This document shows, piece by piece, positions 26,160 through 40,320 of a stretch of 64,000 bases of DNA; position 1 is the stretch's first letter; every line of letters starts with the position of its first letter. Position numbers and translations under genes: made by a program. The DNA is taken from positions 372,001 to 436,000 of the forward strand of contig RSEE01000013.1 of NCBI GenBank assembly GCA_003971905.1, read 5' to 3'. Source of the DNA: Moniliella sp. 'wahieum'. Taxonomy: Eukaryota. The notes beneath the pieces are model-generated. The model had not been told where the DNA came from. It made no database searches and worked only from the letters and a program-made list of their open reading frames with translations.

Positions 26160-27959
26160 GCCTCCGTTCATTCATCCCTTTTTTCTGCTTGATAACGGAT
26201 CTGGCCGGCATGCACCTTTCTTCACCTTCTCTTTTCCCTCTTGGCCGCAGTAGGGGGCGGGTGCACAGCCGCCCGTTCCTGGCCCCCTTGAGCCTCACTC
26301 TCCATGATCCTGTTGCTACAAAGCCACTTGTTTGTGTGTGCGTGTCCGTGTGTTTTTTTTCTAGTCCTCCTTGGGTTTTTGCCAGCCTGTTCCTCAGGTG
26401 TCTCTCTGGATGAATCGGTGAGCATGAGAACCACTCGAGCCATCCAGACCAGCCCCCAGGATTGATGCGCTGCTTCCCTAGCACGGACCCCCCCTCATCC
26501 TTACCCAGCCCTTCTCAGTCTTCATAGTTATCAGCTCCCATTCGCCATCCCGTTGTGAACTCCGATGGCTCAGATCTACCACTTCGCCGCCCGGTGCGGC
26601 CGTGCGGCCTAGCGCGACGCGCCGTTCGATAAAGCCATCAGCTGGACTCCAAAAACCCCAGGTCGAGGCTGCCGTCTTGGAGGGGAAGTAGAGTCAGGCA
26701 GTCGCAAAAGGGGGTGGGGGGAGCGAGGTTGGATGCGGACCAGAGTATCCAAGCACCTAACGACAGAGGGCCAGCAGCATGACCACCAGTACAAACCAGC
26801 CCGAACCCGCACGAACAGCGTGAACAATCACAGTACGAACACTGGTCGTACCCCGGCGTTCTGGCCCACACACTGCGGAGGGATGCTACAGCCCTTCGCT
26901 GCCCTGGTGAGCAGCAAGGTTGCGTCGATGGGCGGTTGGCGCACTTGTCTGCTGGGTGTTGCTGTTCTGCCCGGACGGGAGGCGAGGATTGGTGCCCGTG
27001 CTCGGCCGTGCTTGCCGTGCCATCGGTAGCTGCACCCCAACGCCAGGGGGTCGTACTACCGCGCCATGGCTATGGCTCCTTCTTGTGCCCGAGGGTGCAC
27101 TGTATGTGCACTGCACAGTCAAGGTGGGGTATAGGCGCGGAGAAGGGGGCAGGAGCGAACGAGAAGATGAGGGTGTTGCACCCGCAGCAAACGTCTGCAT
27201 CAGGGTAAAACAAAGGGCCGACATCAGGTACTGTATACGCACCCCTGCCAACTGGCAGAGCAAAGAGCTCCAGCTCCATCAAGGGGGAGAACCCCCCTCC
27301 TCCTCCCTAACGCTGTGCATGGGATGCCCGAGGGATCAAAGGGTGACCACCAAGGAAGTACTATATACCACCCCGCACGACAAGCATCTCTTTGCATCTC
27401 CCGTGCCGGTTCCACGCGCTCGCATCTACCTTCCTCGTGCGTCGGGATCGCTATGGCCAAACGTCCCACGCTCAACATCACTCTAACACACGTTTTGGCG
27501 CTCAACGAGTTGCCGCAAAACGAGCACCTACCTTAACGCCATAGCCAGCGTGGTTGTCGCAGGCCCATATGCATTACAAGGAGACGGTGAGGTGTGGGCG
27601 GAGGACAGGGTAGGGTAGCGGTAGATCTTAGATCTACATCATACTAGAAGAAGGAAAGAGCTCGTGTAAAAAGCGGCGGGGGTCAAGACTACGGGCCGGG
27701 CAGGGACAGGGACAAGCAAAAAGAAAAGGCGGGACCAAAGGGAGACAACATAGGGCCCAACCGAGTCCCAAAGGGAAATCGGTTCCGCAAGCTCGGCACT
27801 CAACGGTCCAACGTGCTCAGCACGCAGGCCAGCCAGCAAGAAGCGAAACAAAACCGGAATAAGAACTGTCTGCGATCGCGGGTAAAAAAATGGTGGGATC
27901 AAGATTGAGAACAGGAACAGGAAAAGAAAACAGGAACAAAAACAAGAGCAGGAGGAGCG

Positions 27960-29685
27960 TCATCGTGGGTCGTTGGCAGGGTGGGCATCATGGGGGGTAT
28001 GGGACGAAACGGGCAAGGTGGGCGGGCCAGGAGATCGGCGCGGGGACGGTACATGCCCAAGGACAGGTCTCCCATGGGCAACGCGATGGGATTGATCATA
28101 CTGCGGCGGATGATGATGACTTGCGCTGCTCCGCCCCAACACATTGTAGGAGCGCATCGAGGCCAATCGGCTTGCGTGCTGAGCATCTCGGGCACCTGGG
28201 GCAGCGGATCGGGGGTTGTGCGGACCCGCGGGGACAGCTCGTCCGAGTCCCTTGACTGTTCAAAGCAAATGGCAGGCCGGACCTATACAAAACGATCGCT
28301 GGGTCAGTCCTACAGCACCAAGATAGCAAGTGCGATCAAGACAACGTACCAAAGCCAAAGGCTCTATCTTGCTCACTACCGCACACCGTTCTTCGCCCTG
28401 CCCGATCGAGTAGTGATACAGACCAAGACGCTGAGCGACGAGGTACACTTGGCGCCGTTCGGCCGGCGTGAGTGACTTGGAGAATGTCAATTCGTCCCGC
28501 AGCCGGTCATCCCGAAAAGGAGGACACGGGGTAAATGTCGAGCGTGATGGGGTTGTTGAGATTGAGTTCGTCCCGGGGTACCTTATCGCACGCGCTGGGG
28601 AACTGCTCCGTTCCGATCAAAGGCGGGAAAAAGGTGCCGCTCATAGGAGTGGTGGGGGAGGCGACGCTAGCCGAAGAGGGTGTCGGAGGTGCCGAACCGT
28701 CCTGGACCGACGAGACGACCGACTGCAAACGACGATGCCGCTCGCGTTGCTTCTCGATCTGGAGCGATTGCATTCGCTTGAGTGCTTTGGCCTTCTCGAT
28801 CCGCTCCCTTTCTCCCTGCTGCAGCACGCGTTTGTGCTCGCGCGCAGCTTGCGACCGGAAACGTCAAACCCATTCAGAGCGGCCACCGCTTGGTCCGCGT
28901 CCTCGGCAGCATGGAAATTGGCAAAGGCCAGCCCACGGAACTGACCTTGGTCGTAGTGGTAGTTGAACGCATAGGGCAATGGCAGATCCAGCTCGGCCAT
29001 CAACGAAGTGAGAGCTCCTGGGGCAAGCTAAAGGGGATGTTCTTAATCACGATCGCGTTGGGAATCACGTCGGTCGGCTCCGGAGCCGGTGGAAGGGGAG
29101 CAGAATAGGAAGGCGATGCCAGCTGCCCCGGTATTGGCGGAGACCCTTGGAAGCGGCTGGGGCAGGCCCGTTCGAGAGGGGTGCGGGGCGAGGGGGGCGA
29201 CGTAGTTCGTGCGTATCGGGGCCGGCGCCCACATCGAACCGCGGGAAGCGGGGGCGGTGGAAGGAGGAGAGGGGAACGCCGTCGCTGAAGATGGGGATGG
29301 AGCGGGGACGGGAGATGTACGAGACGGAGGCGAACCCGTCCGTGTGCTGCTGCTGCAGCGGGGGCCGAGGGAGGGAGAAAGACTGGGGTGGACATGAGGG
29401 GTCGGTAGAAGAGGGGAGGTCGTCGGCGTGGCCGTTGTCGTAGCTCGTGGAAGTCGTCGTGGTCGTAAGGGGGGGGGGGGGGAAGGGCAGGGCAGACGGC
29501 CACAGCAGCAGCACAGCAGCAGGATGTGGTGGGCGAAAGCGAAAGGCAGGGTTGGCAGACAGCTGGTGAGTGTGGGAGTTGGAGCAGGATGGAACCGATG
29601 CGCGGTGCACCGAATAAGCTTTCACAGGCCCTCAGGCTCCGTGCCTCAGTCCTCAGTACAGTGCCGCAGTGAATCAGCGCACCAT
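27960..29685 (-). CDS. PIN4: RRM + R3H RNA-binding protein of the Pin4/Cip1-Cip2 family; both ends uncertain
   Basis: IPNAIVIKNIPFSL, LPYAFNYHYDQGQFRGLAFANF..DADQAVAALNGFDVSGRKLR, ERERIEKAKALKRMQSLQ, ELNLNNPITLDIY, R3H-like TFSKSLTPAERRQVYLVAQRLGLYHYSIGQGEERCAVVSK. A C-terminal extension toward ~26600 is possible. Confidence 0.8.
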
Positions 29686-30867
29686 GTCGACAGCTCGACG
29701 CAGCAGGAGCCGCACCGTGCGGACGCTCCCCCCGTGCGGGGGCAGGGGCTTCCTTGGCGGCGGCAGGGGGCCGGTGTGGAAGCCCCTGGCGATTGCGTTC
29801 TGCCCTGTGACTGCCTGCTGCTGCCCTGATGCCGAATTCGCTGCTGCTGCTGCTCGGCTGCCCCACCCGCGGCGCTGCAGCGGGGCAGTCCCCCCGAGCG
29901 CCCCCAGCCCCTGGCATGGTCACTGAGTACTGACTACGCTGAGCGGTGACCGGTGAGTACCTGAGTACTCCGACTCAATCCGAAGCTTGAAGTATAGCTT
30001 GTCTCAGCGCCTCCCGCCCTCGACCATCTCCGCCCCAAAGGGGCGGCCAAGGCGAATACTGCAATGGTCGTGCCCTCAGGACTTGTATACACTCACCAGG
30101 CCTCAGTACCAATACGGGTACGCTCAGTCTGGCCACCTGATGGGTACGGGGCTGCGGCTTCCGTCTACAGCTTGAGATGGCATTGACGGCAAACGTCCAC
30201 GTTCTCCGCGGCCGTGGCACTGTTTTGTACCTTAAAAGGCTTGAAGCTAGAGTACTGAATACACGGAGTCCTGAGCTCGGGCTCACGTCTCGGACTGAGC
30301 ACCAGGTGCTGGGTAATACTTGGGCCATGCAACGCCATGGTGCATGGACCGAGCGCCGAGGACCTGTTTGCAGGTCACCTGATCACCTGCATTGTCGATC
30401 CTGGATATACTACGGGCAGATGGGCCGACAGAGAATGGCAGAGCTGAGTCCCATATCCCAGCTGGCACAGAGGAAAAATGAGGGGAAAGGGCGGAGTGGG
30501 GCCTGAGCTCCAGTCCAGGGGGGCACCAGGGCCTACCCTACCTGGGCCTATACTCAGATCTCAGAGCTCAACAGACGGAGAGTGCTAGTGTCGGTCCTGC
30601 TGCGCTTGCCGGTGCTCCTGGCGATGGTCAGGTTGAGCCGGAGGCTTGGGGGGGATGACCGATCGATGGTCAAGTTGAGACTGGATACTGATGGATGAAG
30701 CCATGAAGTGGAGCAAAGCTTGAAGAAAGAGGAGCTGTCGAGAAAGAGTCGGCAGAGAGAAACGCAGTGGCGTGACCTGGTGCGAGAATGTGGCATGCTG
30801 CCAAGTGGCGCGCGCGTGACAGCGTGTGATGTTGCATGTGATACGTGATGTGCGATACAGGTGATGT

Positions 30868-30998
30868 TGAACGTTGAGGCCTTGAGGCACGCAGGCGGCG
30901 GTGGTGGCGTGGTTGATACGTTGATACGGAGAGCGGGGAACATGAACATTAAAAAAACGTTGAACGTTGAACGTTCGTTGAACGTTGAACTTGAACTT
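30868..30998. repeat. (TGAACGT)n 7-bp palindromic arrays
   Basis: TGA ACGT TGA GGCC at 30868-30881; AACGT TGA ACGT TGA ACGT TCGT TGA ACGT TGA ACT TGA ACT at 30956-30998. Confidence 0.9.
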
Positions 30999-31802
30999 GG
31001 ATGCGGTGGATGACGTTGGTGGTGGATGATGCTGATGGTGATGCATGTGTGGCATGTGGCCAGGGAGATGGGTGGGGGCTGATCGAACTGATCGATGAGC
31101 GCAGGGCTGAGCAGGGGTGTGATGGGTGTGATGTGCGCCGATGGATGGCTCGGGGCGGTGGATACACGACCACAGGCAGGGGCTGGCCCAGGTGGCCCAG
31201 GCACCGCAGATAGCAGCGCCCGCCAGCAGCCAGCCAGGCCACCCACGCGGCCGCAAGCACGGCATGTCCGGCATGGCACTGGCCCTCGGGCTTTCTGATC
31301 TCAGCCATCGGCCACCGGCCACCTGCATGCTGCCCCCCTGCTGCGGCCGACTGCGGCCTGCTGCCCCTCTTCCTGCCAGCCAAATGCAAGGGCACATGGC
31401 CACCCAGCCCAGCGCCCGCACCGCGCCAGTGCACCGTCCGTGCTCGCACCCCAGCACAGGCGCGCTGGCGAGCGCCGCGCCGAAGCGAGCGACCCGGCGC
31501 AGCGCAGAGCTGCGGCCACGCGGCTGCGGCCGACTAGCACTGGGCCCACGCTGAGGCTGAGCGCTGAGCGCTAGCTGACCAGCTGAGACTGGACCAGCGC
31601 ACACGCTGGCTCGCGCCCCGCCTGCTCGTGCCTCGCTGGGCACCAGGCGCATCACTCTCCTCGTCACGCGTCACACCACCCTGCCCTCGCCCGCCACCAT
31701 CTTCCCCATCCGCTTGCCTCCCCTCCTTCCTGCTGCTGCTGCTGCTGCTGCTGCCTCCCCCGCCCCCCCGCCCCCCCCGCCGCGCCCACCCCATCCGGCA
31801 CC

Positions 31803-33420
31803 ATGCCGCTGCCTGCGCTCGCGGATGTCTTCCACCGCAGCCGCCCTGCCCGCCATGCCACGCCGACCCAACAAACACCGATGTCGAGAACCATGCTGCC
31901 GCCTCTCCCGCCATCCCCGTCCCGCGCTCGGCAGCAACAACCCGTACCACCCCATCGCCTCTCCACCTCTGTGCCTGCCGGTGCTTCTGACCTCCCCCGC
32001 CCCCCCGCCACCCCACCGGCGACAGCATCTTGGCCAGCCACCGCTTGGGTCGCACTGTCACCGAGCTCCTCACCCCCGATCGCCCCATCGCCCCTCCCCC
32101 TGGCCATTGGGACAGCATCAAGCACGTCATCTTCTGTAGCTGGCTCAACCTCCTCCTCCTTTGCATCCCCATCTCCTGGGCCCTCCACTTTGTCTTTGAC
32201 TCCCAGGACAAGGGCCTGCCGGATACCGACTCGACAAAGAAGAACCATGGCATCGCTGTCTTTGTCGTTTCTTTCTTGGCCATCATACCCCTGGCACAGC
32301 TCTTGTCGTTTGGAACCGAGGAGATTGCGCTCCGCGTTGGTGACACACTTGGTGGTTTGATCAACGCCACCTTGGCAACGCTGTTGAACTCATCACGGCC
32401 ATCATTGCCCTATTTCAGTGCCAGCTGGGCATTGTCCAAACATCGCTCGTGGGAAGTGTGTTGTCCAACCTGCTGCTTGTACTGGGTATGTGCTTCTTTG
32501 CCGGTGGCATCAAGTACAAAGAGCAACGCTTCCACTCCACCGCCGCCCAGCTCAACTCGAGTCTGCTTGTCATGGCTACCCTGTCTGTCCTAACTCCAGC
32601 TGGATACCATGCCATCCTAGGCCCCAACATCCCCGATCCCTCTGAACGCCCCAAGGTACTGCAGTTTTCTCGTGGTCAGCGTAATTCTCCTTACCGTCTA
32701 CATTGCCTACCTCTTTTTCACCCTCTCTTCGCACAAGTACATGTTCGAAGCGGGCTTCTCCCCTGAAACCGATTCGACGCTCGTCGGTTCCGAGTACCGT
32801 CCAAAAAAATCGTCGAGGGAGAAGGTGAGTCGCACGCTCACAACGCCCCGCTCGCTTCTGTCATGCATGACCCAGGCGAGGACGAGGACGAGGAGACGCC
32901 CCAAATATCCGCTTGGGTTGCATTCGGCACACTCTGCGTTTCAACAGCCTTGGTGGGAGTAACTTGCGAGTGGCTCGTCGACTCGATCGATGCGGTGGCT
33001 GCGTCAGGCGCCTCCCGCACCTGGATTGGGCTCATTATTCTGCCCATCGTTTCGAACGCGACGGAACATGTGACCGCCGTGACTGTGGCAGTCAAAAACA
33101 AAATGGACCTCTCCATGGGCGTGGCTGTTGGTTCCTCGATCCAGATCTCCATTTTCGTCATCCCTCTGTGTGTGGTGATTGCATGGTGCGGGGACAAACC
33201 TCTGAGCCTTCTCTTTGATCCCTTTGTTTCCATCTTCCTCTTCCTCTCGGTTCTGATTGTCAACTCGGCCATTTCGGACGGAAGGGCGAATTGGTTATCG
33301 GGGTACATCCTCATGTGCTGCTGGGTCATTGCCGCGGTCGTCTTTTGGTATGTACCCGACAACACGGATAATTATGGACTCTTTCCCGACTCGGGCCCTT
33401 TGTCGGTGTGCCACCACTAG
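31803..33420 (+). CDS. VCX1: Vacuolar Ca2+/H+ exchanger (CAX family); start approximate
   Basis: SWLNLLLLCIPISWALHF, FVVSFLAIIPLA.LLSFGTEEIALRVGDTLGGLINATLGNAVE, GSVLSNLLLVLGMCFFAGG, IGLIILPIVSNATEHVTAV, NKMDLSMGVAVGSSIQI, DGRANWLSG. Confidence 0.93.
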
Positions 33421-34802
33421 CGCCCTCGGAACAACTCCAGCGCTGGTGTGGCTATTCTTCAAGGACAATTTATTCAATGGACACTGGTGGTGGGTGGATT
33501 CGCCTCCTTTGGGGGCCCACCTCCCTCCCTCTCTTTCGTCTGGTGGAAACTTCGCTTGCATTTGTTCTTACCCTTGCGTTTCCATACGCCCCCTTCTGCG
33601 GACCTTTTCTTATCTGTAATTGTACATTTCCCTCTCCCTCGTTTTCTGCATCTGCCCTCGGTGCACAAACAGAAGACGATCTATACCTACTGCTGCATTG
33701 CTCCTTTCCTGGCAAATTCAACGAACAAGGTGAGGGGCACATATGCCGTTTCTTCACCTTCCTTGGGTCATACGGTCATTCTGCATGCATTATGCGTTTT
33801 CACATCAAAGCGTGCACATATCCCCTTTCAGCGCCCCAGACCTCTTACACCGTAAGCCTCAGGACGATTGCGCGCCGGGACAAGGATCCCTGCCCCGTTG
33901 ATCCGAATGCATAATCCATGGCCCACAGATGAAAATGGGAGGCGCGTTCCCGCATATATACGGTTGTATATGTCGCCGGCAGGGGGAGTGATGTAGCGTG
34001 GCAGTTGGCACAAGATAACGGAAACCCACTGGGTGCACAGGCGCACGGACCAAAAGCCAAGAAGTAGGAGGGCGGTTGAACGTTGAACAGGCCAGGCCTG
34101 GGCTGGAGGAGGCTGGAGGGCGTACATACATATCAGCTGCAGGCCTGCAATCATGGATCAGATCTCAGATCTAGGGCCGGCCTGCTGCTTCGGTCTGCTT
34201 GGTTCTGTGAAAGAAAGGAGACGGTGTAGTGCGCCCTCTTCGGACGAGGCCGATGAGGCCATGAGAGTGGGGCAAAAAGCACGCCGGCAAAGCTTAACAA
34301 CGCGGTGGGGGGGGGGCGGTGAGAGGTACTGAGAGACACTGGGGCCCGAGGCCTGAGGGAGGCCTCTGCGAATTGGAATGGGCACGCCTCGCCTCCCCTG
34401 GTTGGTATTACTTACAACTGGGGTAGCCGAGTGTGTGCCCCCAAACAGAAGAGAAGAGTCAGCTGACTTGGTCTCTTTCACTCACGCCAAGTCGCAAGTG
34501 TGAGCCAATTATTGATTACCCCGCCCGCGTTCAGAAAAAAAGTGGCGCTTTTGGGACCGCACTAGTGGGGTGTCCTTATGTCCTTTGGCGTTAGGCCTGT
34601 GCGGCGGGTGACCAGCCCGTCGGTTACCCCGCCTTGGAGATTGAGCTCGGTGTGGCGTTTAATGTTTTTAATCCCACACCCCGCTCATCACGTCCTCCTT
34701 CACCACTACCACACCACCACACCACCATCACCATCACCAGCAATACCCCTTTCCCACACGCATGGCAACCCCACCAGCCAGTTGGAGCGCATCATCCCAA
34801 GG

Positions 34803-36406
34803 ATGGGTGCGCCCGTTAACACATGGCGAGCACCTGCTTTCCCTTCAGAGCGACGCCGAGCAGGGCGCCCTCGACTTTGTCCTTTCTCTCGCTGTCGCCC
34901 TACCCGCCGCGCAGCGAAGAAGAGGTGCGCAACGCCTGGATTGACACCCGTTTCCGTCTGCCCATCTTGGGCGTCAAGCTGACGGTACGCTTCTTCCCCT
35001 CCGCTTCCATGAAACGACGACGGTGAACCGAGCTCATGGCCTAATATACTAATGGTGTGTTTGCAGACCTCGGAGCATAACACTCTCCAGTGGCTCTACC
35101 CACCTACCACTCCGGCCCAGATCGATGCCTGGGCCGCGGACACCCTCACTTTCGCTGTGTCTCCTACCCCTGAGGAAGCTACTCTCAGCAGGCTCGACAG
35201 GCTACTAACCAAGCTCTGGACCACAAGTCCACTACCCCCTTTGGCGTTCTCTCACTTTCATTTCCATTGGCGACGGCAGCCGGGCCCACCTCGTGTTCCA
35301 TGCCCGCCACGCTTGGTACGACGTTCAAGGAGTATGGTACGTTGTCCCTCAATCCGCCTTATTATGAGCTGGCACGATGGCTGACGCGCTGACGCGGGCG
35401 TGGGTCATGCTATGGATTTTCATAACAGCTCCTTGGCAGGTGCCTTCCTTACATCTCTTACGCCCACATCTCCTGCTCTCCCCCATCTTTGGGGGGAGGA
35501 ACTTACGCGGCTGCCCATTTCGGCCCAGCAAGCCCTGGACGAAGACATTGGTCCGGCCTCGCCCAAGCAGCGGGAGGAAGGTCGAATGTCGATGGGTTCC
35601 CTTCTGACCATGGCCAACAGTCGCATTACGGCTTACCGCTGCGCTTCTCGAGCGACTGGAGTACGGTAGGGAACAACCGCTCGGTGCGACGTGTGGATCT
35701 GACTGCGGCCCAGACGCAAGAGGTGATACAGGCGGGAAAAGCTCGGGATGAGCGTCACGCTCGTGGTGGCCTGTGCCATGCATGCCTTGCAAGGACTCAA
35801 CGAGCACGGAGAAGGGCACGTGATGTTGTCGCTGTTAAATGCGCGGCGCTGGTTGCCCCAGCGTGCTGTGGGGACAACAGGATGGCCCTTCATGGCCTCC
35901 ATGGGCCACGTCTTTCTTGGCTCTACCGACCTGGCGGATCAACCGGAGGAGACGAGCAAGAAGGCCGAGCTAGTAGCCCCATGGGCCAGATCTGCATACC
36001 GCACGCGAGTTGTCAGACAACCAAACGGAATTGCTTAATGGACCGAGGCCTGCGCCGCTATGGGGCGCCGAGGAAGTGGTAACACGTCTCGAGGAAAGCA
36101 GCACGCCCCTCAATGTCGCTGCCCCCCCCCCGATCCGCAACGGATCGTGTGTGTGTCGAGCCTAGGCGTGATGGACAAGGGAGTCCAAGCGGCCTGCCCA
36201 CATTGGCGGATGTCACCGTGACTGGGTTCAGCGTCGATGTACGTCTCACGGCCGGGGTGTCGATGTTGCATATTTGGACTTGGGACGGGCGGATGACGGT
36301 GCAGGTAACGGCACCCAAGTGGTTTGATCCGCTCGCGACAGAGCGTGAAGCGGAAGAGACCGTTCGCCTCCTGCTTGCACTGTGTCATGATGTGCTGGGC
36401 CAGTAA
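34803..36406 (+). CDS. Putative CoA-dependent acyltransferase (HxxxD, Tri3/alcohol acetyltransferase-like)
   Basis: Intron ~34985-35066 (GTACGC...TACTAAT...GCAG); VRNAWIDTRFRLPILG; LVFHARHAWYD (HxxxD) at ~35290-35322; SVTLVVACA; C-terminal LHIWTWDGRMTVQV. Frameshifted; family from motif recall only. Confidence 0.55.
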
Positions 36407-36651
36407 GGGCGGCTGCAATGCCTTTTTTGCTACAACCGAGGGAGTGTGTTGCGTTATTGGGCCACTGCTGGTCCGTTGAGAACACACTGTAATAAGTGGA
36501 AACCTATTTGTTCTAGAACAAGCAAGTGGAGGTTGGGGACGGCGGCGGTGACGGGAAGTCTAGAGGGAATGCCAAGGGAATGAAAGCACGGCCATCCATT
36601 AGGCATTTCCACAGCACAACACATACAGAGGGCCTAGATACAGAGTGGGTC

Positions 36652-39100
36652 TCAAGAGTCCGAAACATACCCCAGTGACACGTCCTGCTCCTCTGCTGGG
36701 GGAACCTCCAGCGGACCGATATCAGCCTCGCCCGAGGCGAGGAGGCGGGCCCGCTCCATCTCCCATATATTAGCCAAGGAACGAGTAAGGTTGAGCAGGC
36801 CCCAGAGGTAGCCCGAATCGGGTCCGTCCGGATGGGAGGGTGGGAAACAAACGACGGGGCGAGCGAGCCAAGCTGCTCGGGCCGCCACGTCCGTAGGTCC
36901 AGGATCGTCAGGGTATCGCACATCCTGGCCAGTGGAGGAATGGGCAAAATCAATGATGCGGATCCTAATCTGCCCCCGGCCTGGATTCCGACGGTGGGAC
37001 CTCAAACGTCCAGCTGTGCTCATTGAGACACGGTGGTCAAAGCGCCTCTGAATCCGGTCCTGTACAGTGGAGTGACCATCGTAGAGAAACAGAAGCGACG
37101 AGGCGTAAAAGCGGTAGCCATGGAGGGAACGCACGACCCTGGTTAGATCTCGAAGCTGCGACACCAGAGAAGGGATGTGATAAAGAAGAAGGCGTTGGCC
37201 GTTGTGCAAAAACTTGGACAAGGCGTTGTCAAATTCGTTGGGGCGCACCTTTCGGCCATAGTATTTGTCTTGAAAGGTGTAGACCTCAGTCGCTGGGTGA
37301 TAGACTTGCATGCCACAGATCCTCACCCCATGCGAACGCGATGTGGTAGCCTCCACCTTGGCCGATTGCGAGGCCCGCTTGGCCTGAGTGGCATTCAGTC
37401 CGTACTGCCTCGTTCCCATCTTGAGGTCCAGAACGCACGGCGCGCGCAGCCGCCCCGTCAGGTCCTCCAATAACAAAAAACAGTCCGATCGCTTCATCCG
37501 GGGCCATGCCCCAGGTACCGTAGATTCTTCCATGGGAAACATTTCACCGGAACCGAGTGGGGTAGAGAGGGGCTCGCACTTGGTCACGGGGCTTCCTCCA
37601 ACAGGGGTAACAGGCGCAGACGTTTGGATGGTCTCGTCGTGACGGGTAGGGTGTTGGGCTCGGTCAGAGGAGTGAGCACGTAAGGGAGAAGGGCTGCGAT
37701 GGGTACGGGCATGACGACGACTATGTTTGTATGGGCGGGAAAACACCTCTCGAAGGACTTGCTCTTGTAATCGCAAGTTGACCGCCGTTTGCCCACGACC
37801 AAAACCAGAAGACTTCTCGGAGAAACTGGAAGGTCCTGCTGGCCCTAAGGATGCTGCAAGATCCGAACGGTTACTTTTGATCCCAGGGGGCAATGGGGGC
37901 AATAAACAGGGAGTGGTGTGCTGATTGGGCCCAACACGCGCATTGTCCGACGGCTCTAGTGGAGGACTTTCACTGTTAATCAGAGGGAGAGAAAACATCG
38001 AAGGCGGCAAAAGGTGACGATTATTCTCGACAGCAACCAGGGGAATCTCCTCATCGTCCTTCTGCCCTTTGAATACCTTCCGTCGAGGTAGAGACGTGTG
38101 AGTTTGATGGGGGCGAGACGAAGTGATGTTCGTCATCGGTACGGGGGTGGTAAGGTCATTTTGGAACACAGGACGGTAGGAGACGTTGAGAACGCCCAAG
38201 TAGCGTGGGACAAACTTGAGAAGCTGGCGACTTTCTTGTTCGAGAGCTTCATAAAAATGGTTTTCCTGGGAGACCAAAGGCTTGCAGACTGCGTACTGAG
38301 AAAACTGGAAGATGGAGCTATGCCCCCCAACTTGGTTGTGAAACGGCTGAAGTTCAATCACCGTGGGAGTAGACTCGGTCATCTCCCTCTCAGAATCCGA
38401 AAGGAGGGAAGAGGTGGTCGCCTCTGAAGGAGCCTTGTGGCCGTGGGATTCATCGCACCGCTTCCTCATCGGCCACGCGGTGACGAAGAGCCAGAGTCAT
38501 GACTTTCAGAGTTTTCATCCCATTTGGGAAGGGAGAAACTCCAATTTGAATCCGAAAATGGGTCCTCTCTGTTCGGCGAGATGGGCCCAGGGTCGACTTC
38601 TGTTGCACTCCAAGAACTTGGACGATGAAGGGTTAGACCGCAGTCAGAGTTTGGGGATAGGCTGGAGGTTGCAATGCTAGAGGAAGGGGGGTATAAAGGT
38701 GATACAAGGATTTCTGAGTCCCGATTTTTCGTCCCCCAAAATGTGGAAGCCGCTAGTGACGCCTGGAGATTTGGGGAAGACAGACCCTGGGCTCCGGAGG
38801 ATTCCGAAAAGAGTTGAAGGCTGACCGAGGCTTTGCGACCCGAGGCTTGGGGAATTGGTTGCGTCGGTTGTTCTCAGTACCGTCATAACTGTTAATGTCG
38901 CCACGTACACTGGAAACGGTCGATCCTCTCCTATGAACCTCCGATCTGGGATGGAGCTGCGGAGGCTCAGCCTGCAGCCGTAGACACAGGTCAGAAGGAG
39001 TTATAGCCAAGGGATGACACCATACCTTCTTCGGTGGATCAGTTGCAAGTGGCGCGAAAGGGTCGCTGGGTAAAGAAACGTCAAACATTGTGCTCGGCAT
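36652..39100 (-). CDS. KCS1: Inositol polyphosphate kinase, IP6K/Kcs1-like; 5' end uncertain
   Basis: ORF 36652-38469: [61 protein letters not shown] (PxxxDxKxG), [26 protein letters not shown]. Upstream ORF pieces extend to ~39100 or beyond. Confidence 0.9.
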
Positions 39101-40160
39101 GCAGGCCTGCAGAGACTTGGAGGGTGGAGGTGGCAGGCAGTGCGTCGCACAGGCTAGCGACGAGCCAGAGTCAGCACTGGAGTGAGCACCGGTGCTCGGC
39201 TCGGTGCCGGTGCTGAGTCTGGCGGTGTCGAAAATGTACTGGCGTGGAAATGGGGCACAATAGTAGGGTCAGTCGGCTTAAGGGGATTGTCCTTCTGGCC
39301 GAAGTGTACAAGGGCGCCATGACGCTGCGCGTGCATCCCGTGTTGGGAGACAGTTGGAATGAGGAGGAGTGGGTGGTTCGGATTTCAGTGGTACTCTTCG
39401 TGGTGACGGCGATGGAGGGCCGTTTTGAGAAGAGAACAGTGAGCGGAGATGATGATGCTGAGGGGGTGGAAGAAGAAAAGCTTATTGTACAGATGCTGAT
39501 ATATACACAGCAATGCCCATACAGGGCGAAGGCAATTTTGATGGTTTGTTGACGGCTATTATGTGACGTTTTCATTCTCTTGGGCTAGTAGTATCAAGCT
39601 TCCAAGCAAAATCCAGCCGCTGAGTGTTAGCCCATCGCGTGTACGACTCGTACTGGCGCGTACTGATATTGCTCGTTTTGAACGAACGTTCGCACCTGAG
39701 ATGCGCAAACGAAAGTGATTATAATGATAAGCACCCCCCCTTCTCGTTCCACCCAGTACGAAGTTGTACAGACCTGTCTTGAGAAATGGTTGCTTAAGGG
39801 GGAGATGGGGGGCTGAGCGTTGAGAAGGGATTGTGCCCAGCACTGCCTCTCCACACATCCCCTTTTTTCCTCAACATGTTTGGCTGGACCCTCGGGGGTG
39901 CGCCACAGCTACCGCTGTTACGCGTTGCGGTGCCCGGCGCAGCCTAACCCAGCACAACCCACTGTACAATCAGCACGTGGCCTATATGTACGGTGACGAG
40001 GTGACCGATGTTCATTCAGTCCATCGAGTAAGTTCAGCACGTTCATCGAGTGTTTTTATCACCCTTCCCCCCCCGCAGCTCTCAATTCTCAATTCTTATA
40101 GTGCGGGATGCCCACACTGCCGAACGTGCCCTCCGCAGAGGCAGCGATCATCCAAGCAGG

Positions 40161-40320
40161 ATGCATGACTAGTGTGACCTAGTGCTAGTGAAGCTAGTGA
40201 CCGGTGACCGGTGACCGGTGACCCCGCACGTTTAATAAACTCGTGCTTCTTATCACGTACCACGCCGCGCGATGATCGGTGACGCGGATGATGCATGGTG
40301 ACCGGTGAGATCGATGACGG
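40161..40320. repeat. TGA-CCGG / CTAG / TGCA / GATC palindromic arrays
   Basis: TGA CCGG TGA CCGG TGA CCGG TGA at 40198-40221; TGA CCGG TGA GATC at 40299-40312. Confidence 0.9.
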
